This document shows, one piece after another, positions 54,985 through 62,835 of a DNA stretch of 64,000 bases. The stretch lies in IMG/VR virus record IMGVR_UViG_2918982202_000003; one strand, given 5' to 3'. The notes under the pieces are model-generated. The model saw only the letters and a list, made by a program, of their open reading frames with translations, ran no database searches and was not told the DNA's origin. The translations under genes were made by a program, and so were the position numbers. The stretch comes from a virus. Taxonomy: Duplodnaviria; Caudoviricetes. Within the stretch, counting starts at the first letter, position 1. The number at the start of each line of letters is the position of its first letter.

Positions 54985-55817
54985 CCTCCCCTCCCACTGC
55001 GTCCCTCGTCTCCGCAGACGAGGGGAAGGCCCTTCGCGTGTTGGACCTGTTTTCCGGCATCGGCGGCTTCAGCCTCGGCTTGGAGCGCGCCAGCGGCTTC
55101 GAAACCGTCGCCTTCTGCGAAATCGATCCCTTCTGCCGGCGTGTGCTGGCGAAGCATTGGCCCGAGGTTCCCTGCTACGATGACGTCCATACGCTTACCA
55201 CTGACCGCCTCCGCTCAGATGGAATTGCCGTGGACGTCGTCTGTGGCGGCTTCCCCTGCCAAGATCTCAGTCTTGCGGGTCCCGGCTCCGGACTTGCCGG
55301 CGCCCGTTCCGGCCTCTTCTGGCAGCTGATTCGTGCCATTCGCATGGTTCGACCGACAGTCGCGGTCGTGGAGAACGTGGCGGCCCTCCTCGGGCGGGGA
55401 ATGGGCACCGTTCTCGGGGCGCTGGCCGAGGAGGGGTATGACGCGGAATGGGATTGCGTTCGCGCTGTTGACGCCGGCCGTCCGCACCCACGGGACCGGG
55501 CTTATCTTGTTGCCCACGCCCAGGGCGACGGATGGGGACCGGGGTGGCCGGGGGGACTTGCTGACGGCCTTGCGGGGCTACCAATCGAGCCATGTTGGAG
55601 CGGCGATCCGGTCGCGTGGTTCGAGGAAAGGTTCGCCCAACCCGCGCTTCTGGGAATGGATGATGGGCTTCCCGGAGGACTTCACCGCCTCGGACCCTGT
55701 GGCAACGCCGTCGTCCCGCAGATCCCGGAGCTAATCGGTCGCGCGATCCTGTCCGCGCGCCGAGCCTCCCACACCCCCATTTCATCCGACACCCCGACCG
55801 GTGGAGGTGCTGCATGA
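54981..55817 (+). CDS. dcm: C5-cytosine DNA methyltransferase, alpha polypeptide
   Basis: DLFSGIGG (motif I), GGFPCQD (IV), VENV (VI), HPRDRAY (VIII), GNAVVPQ (X). Confidence 0.9.
   Translation: MTSPPTASLVSADEGKALRVLDLFSGIGGFSLGLERASGFETVAFCEIDPFCRRVLAKHWPEVPCYDDVHTLTTDRLRSDGIAVDVVCGGFPCQDLSLAGPGSGLAGARSGLFWQLIRAIRMVRPTVAVVENVAALLGRGMGTVLGALAEEGYDAEWDCVRAVDAGRPHPRDRAYLVAHAQGDGWGPGWPGGLADGLAGLPIEPCWSGDPVAWFEERFAQPALLGMDDGLPGGLHRLGPCGNAVVPQIPELIGRAILSARRASHTPISSDTPTGGGAA
55438..55734 (+). CDS. Nested alternative-frame beta polypeptide of the C5 methyltransferase (M.EcoHK31I-like)
   Basis: Own GAGGAGG RBS; LLPTPRATDG and NPRFWEWMMGFPEDFT (motif IX-like). Confidence 0.7.
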   Translation: MTRNGIAFALLTPAVRTHGTGLILLPTPRATDGDRGGRGDLLTALRGYQSSHVGAAIRSRGSRKGSPNPRFWEWMMGFPEDFTASDPVATPSSRRSRS

Positions 55818-56524
55818 ACGCGAGCGTGAAGCCCGTGGGCAAGGAGCGGCCAATCATCATGAGCGGGCCGATAGTGCGGGCGATCCTGGCCGGGCGGAAG
55901 ACGCAAATTCGGCGCGTCCTGAAGCAACAGCCCGATCCGCTGGCGCCGGTTGGCTTCATTCAGAGTTACGAGGGTTCTCGGACTTTCGATCTGCACGCCC
56001 GACCGCGGTTCGCGAACGGACGCTTCATCGGCTCTGACCGGATGCAGATCGTGACGGCGCCTTACGCGCCTGGTGACCGGCTGTGGGTCCGCGAGACGTG
56101 GGCTGCCATTGGCGATCTGACGCACAACGACCCCGGCACGCGGGCGCTTGCTGAGGGCTGCTTCTACCGGGCAGACGACGGCACCGTTGAGGGCGAGATC
56201 CCGCGCTGGCGATCGCCGATCCACATGCCGCGAGCCCTGTCCCGCCTCACCCTTGAGGTGACGGAGGTCCGCGTCGAGCGGCTTCAGGGCATCAGCGAAG
56301 CAGATGCGGTCGCCGAGGGTATCGAGCGGTCGAAAGAGTTCCCCGATCGGTTCCTGACGCCCGCAGGCGATTACGCGGTGCCGGTGGTCGCATACCAGCG
56401 CCTCTGGAACAGCATCCACGGCAAGGACGCCTGGGACGCCAACCCGTGGGTCGCCGCGATCAGCTTTCGCCGCCTTCAAGCCGACGCCGTCTCGTCTCCT
56501 GCCGCTGAGGGGGAGAGGGCGTGA
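55814..56524 (+). CDS. ASCH/PUA-like phage protein
   Basis: RPIIMSGPIVRAILAGRKTQIRR...PGDRLWVRETW...WRSPIHMPR...VERLQGIS. Confidence 0.7.
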   Translation: MNASVKPVGKERPIIMSGPIVRAILAGRKTQIRRVLKQQPDPLAPVGFIQSYEGSRTFDLHARPRFANGRFIGSDRMQIVTAPYAPGDRLWVRETWAAIGDLTHNDPGTRALAEGCFYRADDGTVEGEIPRWRSPIHMPRALSRLTLEVTEVRVERLQGISEADAVAEGIERSKEFPDRFLTPAGDYAVPVVAYQRLWNSIHGKDAWDANPWVAAISFRRLQADAVSSPAAEGERA

Positions 56525-56889
56525 AGGTCCTTACCCCCGGCCACCGCTACGAACTCGACCACCTCGATGGCAGCGGCAAGACGATCCTGCAATTCGTCAG
56601 CCGCAAGCCGCTGCACGAGCCGCAGGAAGGCGTCATCAACCAAGAGGTTCTGCGCGCGATTATCGACCGCGTGCAGGTGCTCGATGGCGAAGTGCCTTGG
56701 GAGGGCAATCGCCAAATCCTGATGCACCTCCGCATGGCGCTCGCCCTACACGAGGCCCGCGCCATGCTGCGGCACGTCGAGAAGGGCGAGATCAAGCCCG
56801 AGCTTCTGCCGGTCGGCGCTGACGGGCACTTCATCGTCCAAGGCGCCTCTCACCCCGCCCCGTTCGAGATCGAAGGAGGGCGGTCGTGA
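56521..56889 (+). CDS. Tad1/Acb2-like candidate anti-defence protein
   Basis: GHRY...LQF...QEGVINQEVL..IIDR...N...MHL..AL...AR...R pattern. Confidence 0.55.
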   Translation: MKVLTPGHRYELDHLDGSGKTILQFVSRKPLHEPQEGVINQEVLRAIIDRVQVLDGEVPWEGNRQILMHLRMALALHEARAMLRHVEKGEIKPELLPVGADGHFIVQGASHPAPFEIEGGRS

Positions 56890-57107
56890 GCGCGTGGTCC
56901 GATGGCGCCCTGCGGCCGGGATCAACTTGCTCGTTCTGCCTCGGGCGCGGGGCCTTCTTCCATCTGCGCAATGAGCGTCCCGCGTGGCGAGACTGCCGCG
57001 CCTGCGACGGCCAGGGGTCACCGGCCGTCTGCGTCCCTGCCGAGATGCGTATCGGCGCCGCACAGGGACGCTTCCTCAAGCCGTACCCCGCCACCCCGGA
57101 GTCCTGA
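56886..57107 (+). CDS. Small zinc-finger protein
   Basis: CSFCLGRG and CRACDGQG. Confidence 0.55.
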   Translation: MSAWSDGALRPGSTCSFCLGRGAFFHLRNERPAWRDCRACDGQGSPAVCVPAEMRIGAAQGRFLKPYPATPES

Positions 57108-57108
57108 C

Positions 57109-58755
57109 ATGTCCATGACCCCCACCACCGAAGAGGCGAAGACGAAGGGGCAGGAGCCCACAACGAGCGCGGATCACGCCCCCAACAATGCGCCGTCGTT
57201 TTGGCGGTGCCCCGACTGCTGCTGCCATTCCTACGCGCATGTCCATGAGCAGAAGCAGGATGGCAGCTTTGGCCCTGGTCCAAAGATCCGCTGCGTGAAC
57301 TGCAAGGCTTTGTGGCCCGACCCCGCTCTCGCCGCACCCCGCGCGGACAGTGCCCTCGGAACGCTCGCCGTGCCGGACGGCTGGTTGCTCGTGCCGGAGG
57401 AGGTAACCGGCGCGATGTGGTCGGCAGGCCAGGAAGCCGATACGCACCCAGGCAACGGCTACAGCGCGGTCTGGCGGGCGATGGTCGAGGCCGCCACGGC
57501 GCCGCCTGTTCTCTGTTCCCCCGCGCCGCCGTCCGTGCCGGACAGTGCCGAGGGGACGGCGGGGGAGGATCGGAAACGGATCGCCGACCGGCTCGTGGTG
57601 GACGCCTGCGAACTGCCGGATCGCACGAGCCCCGAAGATCAGCCGGAAATGCTGCTCATCACGGGCGAGGAGCTTCACGGTTTCCTGATGCAGGCCATGG
57701 AGGAGGCCACCCCCGCCCCGTCATCGCCGGGCGTGCCGGATAGCGTGCGGAATTTCGCAGCCGAGGATTTGGCTCGCATCCGAGCGGCGATCCCCGCGTC
57801 GCTTCTGTTCGAGGTTCCAGATCTGGCGGAGGCGGTCGCATCGACCTTCCAGCAGTATGTGAAGGTCGCAGCCGAGGCGACGGGGCTTCGGAAGCAGGCC
57901 GCCGATCTCCGTACCGCCCTTGGAGAGCCGTTCCTAACGGCTCACGCTGGCGACGAGGGCGGCTCGTTTATCAGGCTCAAGTACAAGGCGCTTTCTGAGG
58001 CCCAGGCCGCTCACAACGCCTTGGTTCAGTTCTTCGCCGCCCATCCGGCCGGGCAGAGCACCGGGCAGGGGGCGGAGGCGATCGGCACTGCCATCCCCCT
58101 CCGGGCACTCAGCATTGCTGAGGAGCAGTGGGGCATCCGGTGGGTGGCGAACGAGGTCGAGGGGCTATCGAAATTCCTCCAAGCCGCGCACGTCAATGGC
58201 CGGCTGGATGTCGAGCCGCTGGTCTTTGACGGCGGCCGGTTTGCGGAGTGGAAGGCGGCGGATCTCGCGGCACAGTGCCGGGCGCAGGCACTCGGGATGA
58301 TGGACCCAGACTTCGGCAGGTTCCTCAGCGCGGTTGCTGATCGTCTTACGATTGCCCCCGACAGCACCCGCACGGGGCAGGTGGAGACGGGGCAAGACCG
58401 ACTGATCAGCCCCAAGATGACGCCCGAGCAAGAGCGGCGGATCGCTCACAACCTCTGCGGCGAGTTCGGGCCGGATGCTGTGATCGCGAACGCCACCTTC
58501 GTCAAAGCCTTCTACGACGAGCTTTACGCCGCCGCCCGCCAGGCAGCCCCGGAAGCGCAAGGGGCGTGGAGGCCGAAAGACGTGCGCGATCTTCGCGAGA
58601 AGGCCGCTCAAGTCCTGGCGGCCTGCGAAATCGACCAAGAAGTGGACCTTGCGCAGACCGGAGCGCAGCGACCTCATTACGAGGCGATCGACGCCATCAT
58701 GAAGGTGCTCGGGTTGCCCGCTCCCCCGGCCTCCTCCGGTCAGGAGGGCGCGTGA
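57109..58755 (+). CDS. Mosaic multi-domain phage hypothetical protein
   Basis: N-terminal CPDC...CVNC ribbon and VPDGWLLVP modules joined by Pro/Ala linkers. Confidence 0.65.
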   Translation: MSMTPTTEEAKTKGQEPTTSADHAPNNAPSFWRCPDCCCHSYAHVHEQKQDGSFGPGPKIRCVNCKALWPDPALAAPRADSALGTLAVPDGWLLVPEEVTGAMWSAGQEADTHPGNGYSAVWRAMVEAATAPPVLCSPAPPSVPDSAEGTAGEDRKRIADRLVVDACELPDRTSPEDQPEMLLITGEELHGFLMQAMEEATPAPSSPGVPDSVRNFAAEDLARIRAAIPASLLFEVPDLAEAVASTFQQYVKVAAEATGLRKQAADLRTALGEPFLTAHAGDEGGSFIRLKYKALSEAQAAHNALVQFFAAHPAGQSTGQGAEAIGTAIPLRALSIAEEQWGIRWVANEVEGLSKFLQAAHVNGRLDVEPLVFDGGRFAEWKAADLAAQCRAQALGMMDPDFGRFLSAVADRLTIAPDSTRTGQVETGQDRLISPKMTPEQERRIAHNLCGEFGPDAVIANATFVKAFYDELYAAARQAAPEAQGAWRPKDVRDLREKAAQVLAACEIDQEVDLAQTGAQRPHYEAIDAIMKVLGLPAPPASSGQEGA

Positions 58756-59123
58756 TGAGCGGCAACGTAGTCTCTCTCCCAGATGGCCACAGGGCTGGCC
58801 GCGTCCGCCGCGATCTGGCTCGACACCTGCGCGAGATCGCGGACCTCATCGAAGCCGACCAGGTCGAAACCGAACCACACGCCTTTTGGCTCGTACTCAC
58901 CGGAATGGCGCAGCACGAGGTGCTGTACGCGGGATACGCCGAGGACGGCGATGGTTTTCGCGGCGCGCTCTCTGCTGCCGGCTTCATTGGTGGGGCAGCT
59001 TTTCCAACGCGGGGCGGCCCTGTTCGTCGGCGCGAAGGCGAGGTCTACGGGCGCCCCTATCGCAACGAAAACGTCGTCGATTTCGGCGCCCCGCGCTCCA
59101 AGCCGAAGGATCGCCGCCCATGA
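58755..59123 (+). CDS. Hypothetical protein
   Basis: Coupled cassette. Confidence 0.55.
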   Translation: MSGNVVSLPDGHRAGRVRRDLARHLREIADLIEADQVETEPHAFWLVLTGMAQHEVLYAGYAEDGDGFRGALSAAGFIGGAAFPTRGGPVRRREGEVYGRPYRNENVVDFGAPRSKPKDRRP

Positions 59124-59776
59124 AGCCTGCCGCCACCCCAGAGGCGCTGGAACAGGCGCCCTACGTCCTGCTGAAGCGTGGGCTATTCGAGCGGCCAGAT
59201 CACCACGGCTACACCGGGGTTCTCCGCCATGCCGGCCGGTTCTCCTACAAGGAAGCGTCCGCCTACTCGGGCCACGGCGATGGCGTCACGATGATGCCGG
59301 CAAGTGAGGCCCCCGATTACTCGCCCGCCTGCTGGCATGAAACACAGGTCGAGGATCTACTCGACCTCTTGCGCATCGAGCGTGAAGCCAAGGACTCTGC
59401 CCTCGCCGACCTTCAGCGGGTCGAGGCCGAGAGGGACGAGGCGGACCGGCGCGCAGGTGCCGCCGAGCGTGAAGCCGAGAGCGACCGCGAAGGCACCCGC
59501 AAGCGAAACTCCTGGCTGCATCAGGCGAAGTTGCAGGCCGGCTACAGCACTGGCGTCAGCTTCGACAAGGTGTGGGCCGAGACACTTGAGAAGGCCGGCC
59601 GCGCAGACACCGCCACCGCCGAGGCCGCCAGCCTCCGGGCCGAGGTGGAGGCGAAGGACAAGGCGCTGAAGGAGATTGTGGGAGCGCAGCACCGGTCTTC
59701 GTCAGACTCGGAGGCTGTTGTGCGGATGGTCCGCATCGCCCGAGCCGCCCGCGCGGCCACGGCGGGGGAGGGGTAG
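59120..59776 (+). CDS. Hypothetical protein with C-terminal coiled coil
   Basis: Coupled cassette; HGYT...AGRF motif. Confidence 0.6.
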   Translation: MKPAATPEALEQAPYVLLKRGLFERPDHHGYTGVLRHAGRFSYKEASAYSGHGDGVTMMPASEAPDYSPACWHETQVEDLLDLLRIEREAKDSALADLQRVEAERDEADRRAGAAEREAESDREGTRKRNSWLHQAKLQAGYSTGVSFDKVWAETLEKAGRADTATAEAASLRAEVEAKDKALKEIVGAQHRSSSDSEAVVRMVRIARAARAATAGEG

Positions 59777-60075
59777 ATGGACCTCCTGTTTGGCCTTCGC
59801 CTGCATTGGGGCGATCCGAACCGCCCGACCGAAATCCGCGCTTGGACGACAGCGTTCAGTCGGAAGGATAGTCCTTGGCGACACGACTACATCACGCATC
59901 AGGTGTGCCGCTGGTACGGGCTCAGCCGTAAGCGCGACTGGTTCTGTGGCTTCTGCCGGCTCGGCAAGACCGAAATGTACAGCAGCCCGGAGAAGCCTCG
60001 CGTCGGCTGGCCGAGCGAGATGAGCGACCGCCCGTCCGACATTACGATGGGCGATGAGGCCACGGCGGGGGAGGG
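59755..60075 (+). repeat. 18-bp direct repeat GGCCACGGCGGGGGAGGG at consecutive gene ends
   Basis: Exact copies at 59755-59772 and 60058-60075. Confidence 0.85.
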
Positions 60076-60091
60076 TCGCAGCGATGGGTGA
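59777..60091 (+). CDS. Hypothetical protein
   Basis: Cassette flanked by the 18-bp repeat. Confidence 0.55.
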   Translation: MDLLFGLRLHWGDPNRPTEIRAWTTAFSRKDSPWRHDYITHQVCRWYGLSRKRDWFCGFCRLGKTEMYSSPEKPRVGWPSEMSDRPSDITMGDEATAGEGRSDG

Positions 60092-60416
60092 GGCACACGA
60101 AATCACCGACGAACTGCGCTTGATAGCCGCCATTGGCCGAGTCTCGCATCGGCAAATCATGGCTCGCGCCCGCGACCTTGCGGCCCCCTCCTATCGTGGT
60201 GATCCGAACTGGAGCTTCGCGATGCATCTATTCGGGCTCAGCGCCTTCCACTCGAAGTTCATTTGCGAGCGCATGGGCATCGATCCTGAAGGCTACGAGG
60301 TGCTGCCGCATCCGGAAAGCCTCTACCGCGACCCCGAGCCAGCATCCACCCTCCTCGCCCAGGCCGAAGCCCCTTCCACCAGCGCAGGTCGTCAGGAGGG
60401 CGAACATCATGGCTGA
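60084..60416 (+). CDS. Hypothetical protein
   Basis: Coupled cassette. Confidence 0.55.
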   Translation: MGEAHEITDELRLIAAIGRVSHRQIMARARDLAAPSYRGDPNWSFAMHLFGLSAFHSKFICERMGIDPEGYEVLPHPESLYRDPEPASTLLAQAEAPSTSAGRQEGEHHG

Positions 60417-60638
60417 TATCCCTGCTCAGATTGCGCGCCTTGAAGGCTTCACAGCCGAACAGCGAACGGCGCCCCACGGTTCGGCCCGGATGTACGCGGC
60501 CATGATGACCGCAGGGGCAGCAGACGGCTACCGTCTCGCTCTAGCCGACGTGGCCGAATGGCTCCGCAAGCGCGGCAACCACGGGGTTGCGGCAGACCTC
60601 GAAAGGCTCGGGCGGACCACCCCTTCCACCAGCGCAGG
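60370..60638 (+). repeat. 19-bp direct repeat CCCCTTCCACCAGCGCAGG at consecutive gene ends
   Basis: Exact copies at 60370-60388 and 60620-60638. Confidence 0.85.
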
Positions 60639-60657
60639 AGGGAAGACCGATGCGTAA
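60409..60657 (+). CDS. Hypothetical protein
   Basis: Cassette flanked by the 19-bp repeat. Confidence 0.55.
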   Translation: MADIPAQIARLEGFTAEQRTAPHGSARMYAAMMTAGAADGYRLALADVAEWLRKRGNHGVAADLERLGRTTPSTSAGGKTDA

Positions 60658-61741
60658 CGTGAAGTCAGGGGGCACTGATCGGCCGAACAATGCGCTGGTG
60701 CCAACCATCACAGTAAAGCTGCGCCTATGTGACAAGCACGCAGGCGGCTTAAATAGGCAGGCAAGATCTGTAAATTATGTTTGGAACTACTGCAACGAAA
60801 CGCAGAAAAAGGCAGCTCAAGCCAAGCGTAAATGGCTATTCGCGCAGGATTTTATGAAGTTGACTGCTGGGTCAGGCGGGGATCTCGGTCTCCACGCCCA
60901 TACAGTTCAGCGCGTTTGCCGCGAATACGACATCTCTCGCAAGAGAGATAGCAAGGCTTGGCTTCGCTGGAGGTCGAGAAAATCTCTTGGTTGGGTTCCG
61001 TTTAACACTGGGCATGTAAAATTTGATGGGTCTCGCTTTGTGTTCAATGGCGTTCACTACGAGCCGATGCATCTGCGCGAGCATTTGACGCCGGGCATGC
61101 GGTTTGGCGCTGGCAGCTTCAATTCCGATGCGAAAGGCCGCTGGTACATCAACGTTCCTGTCGCGGTGCCGTGTGCAGAGCCGAGGCCAGAGAATGCGGT
61201 CGGTATCGACCTGGGCCTGAAGACGCTCGCGACGCTATCTACCAGCGCGAAGATTGAGATGCCGCGCTTCTACCGCGAGAGCGAGAAGGCGTTGGCGACG
61301 TCGCAGCGCGCGAAGAAAACCAAGCGGACCAAGGCGATCCATGCCAAGGCGCGGAACCGCCGCAAAGACTTCCTGCACAAGGCGTCTCTCGCTTTGGTGC
61401 AAGAATACGGGACGATCATCGTTGGCGATGTGAGCCCGTCAAAGCTAGCCAAGACCACTATGGCGAAGTCGATCTACGACGCCGGGTGGGCAGGCTTCCG
61501 GCACATGCTCTCGTACAAGGCCATTAGGCATGGCGGGCGCTACGTCGAAGTCTCTGAGGCTTATAGTACCCGAACCTGTTCTGCATGCGGAAGCATCGGC
61601 GGCCCGACAGGGCTGAAAGGTCTCGGAATAAGAGAATGGCAATGCCTCGATTGCGGCTCGGTTCATGACCGGGACGAAAACTCAGCGCAAGTCATTCTCG
61701 GTATTGGGCTGAATACCCTTGCTGAAGGAGTCCAGAAATGA
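60650..61741 (+). CDS. tnpB: TnpB (IS200/IS605 OrfB) nuclease with rearranged RuvC-II site
   Basis: VKLRL...VWNY; GIDLG (RuvC-I); IIVGDVS (canonical E replaced by G); alternative E in VSEAYS; CSAC...CLDC; HDRDEN (RuvC-III). Confidence 0.9.
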   Translation: MRNVKSGGTDRPNNALVPTITVKLRLCDKHAGGLNRQARSVNYVWNYCNETQKKAAQAKRKWLFAQDFMKLTAGSGGDLGLHAHTVQRVCREYDISRKRDSKAWLRWRSRKSLGWVPFNTGHVKFDGSRFVFNGVHYEPMHLREHLTPGMRFGAGSFNSDAKGRWYINVPVAVPCAEPRPENAVGIDLGLKTLATLSTSAKIEMPRFYRESEKALATSQRAKKTKRTKAIHAKARNRRKDFLHKASLALVQEYGTIIVGDVSPSKLAKTTMAKSIYDAGWAGFRHMLSYKAIRHGGRYVEVSEAYSTRTCSACGSIGGPTGLKGLGIREWQCLDCGSVHDRDENSAQVILGIGLNTLAEGVQK

Positions 61742-62127
61742 GGGGCGCTATGGATAAAACCGTGTCCCGCAAATCTGGGAGCAGCCACGTGAAGAGCCTT
61801 GCCGCGGAGATTGAGGCGGACACGACCGCGCTTCGCCTCGCCGTCCACGCCTGGATCAGAGAGGACGCCCCGCTCGCCGCAAAGATGAACCTGCTACCAA
61901 AGCACGTTGATGCGCTGATGGCCCGCCTCGCCGCCGAGATCGCCGCCAACCAGAGCCGTGCCTTTGAGGACGGGGCGCGGTGGATGCGAGGGGTCGCGGC
62001 TCAGCGCGTAGTCCGGTCCTTTCGAGGCGACGCACCAACCGATGCCGAGCGGTACACGCTGAACGAGGCTGTCCGGTGCGTGCGGCTCCTCCCCCTCCAG
62101 CCCGAAGGGGAGCGGAGCGATGGGTAG
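61738..62127 (+). CDS. Hypothetical protein
   Basis: ATGA overlap with the tnpB stop. Confidence 0.55.
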   Translation: MRGAMDKTVSRKSGSSHVKSLAAEIEADTTALRLAVHAWIREDAPLAAKMNLLPKHVDALMARLAAEIAANQSRAFEDGARWMRGVAAQRVVRSFRGDAPTDAERYTLNEAVRCVRLLPLQPEGERSDG

Positions 62128-62362
62128 ACTCTCACCCTCCCGACTGCGTGTCCTGCGCACGCTCGCCGACTACCCGCAGGGCGGTTTGCTGACGCGCCAA
62201 CTCGCCGAGAAAATCGGCCTGACGACCGCCAGCGCCCGCCGCCTATGCCAAGCCATGCGGTTCTTCGGCCTCGTGCTGCGGTACGAGACCAACGATCAAC
62301 GCTGGTGGATCACCGACGCCGGCCGCGCCGCCCTCGCCGAACAGGAGAAGGGCGATGCGTAG
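62120..62362 (+). CDS. Winged-helix DNA-binding protein
   Basis: LTRQLAEKIGLTTASARRLC...WWITDAGRAAL. Confidence 0.7.
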   Translation: MGRLSPSRLRVLRTLADYPQGGLLTRQLAEKIGLTTASARRLCQAMRFFGLVLRYETNDQRWWITDAGRAALAEQEKGDA

Positions 62363-62537
62363 CACAATCGCGCTTTTCATCGTCACGTGGGGGCTGATCG
62401 AACTCGGTCGGCTCATCAGCGAGGGCTTCAGTTGGGGCTTTGCGGCAGGCTGTGCCTACGCCAGCCTCATCGCCTTCGTGTCCGTCCGCCGCCTCGCCCT
62501 CGCCAACTCGACAGAAGGGAGAACGGATCGTGGGTAG
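62355..62537 (+). CDS. Small membrane protein
   Basis: Two hydrophobic helices. Confidence 0.5.
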   Translation: MRSTIALFIVTWGLIELGRLISEGFSWGFAAGCAYASLIAFVSVRRLALANSTEGRTDRG

Positions 62538-62835
62538 CGTTCGCACCTCGGCTCCGGCCCAGGAGCCATCCTGCCTGTATCCCGACGAGGCCGAACTAGC
62601 GCGAGTCGTGCTCGGCCCTAAGCGGGCAAAGGCGTGGGGCGGTCTCGCCGCCGTCCTCGAGCGCAGCGGCCTCCCGAGGGTCGATCCGATGATGGGCGGT
62701 CGCTACTGGCCCGCCGTCCGAGAATTTCTGGACCGCTACCACCATACCGGCGACCATGCCTCCACCCGGCAGCAGGGCCGGAGGGAGGAGGGTGGCCATG
62801 CCAGCGGAGCACGAGTTGCACGCGCCCGGTCTTAA
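62530..62835 (+). CDS. Excisionase-like winged-helix protein
   Basis: LERSGLPRVDPMMGGRYWPAVREFLD; overlaps the integrase start. Confidence 0.65.
   Translation: MGSVRTSAPAQEPSCLYPDEAELARVVLGPKRAKAWGGLAAVLERSGLPRVDPMMGGRYWPAVREFLDRYHHTGDHASTRQQGRREEGGHASGARVARARS

Noticed and set aside
60650-61741. Nuclease-dead TldR-type repressor
   Set aside because: Loss of the canonical Glu is offset by the downstream Glu typical of active rearranged RuvC, and both Asp residues are intact; not excluded experimentally.
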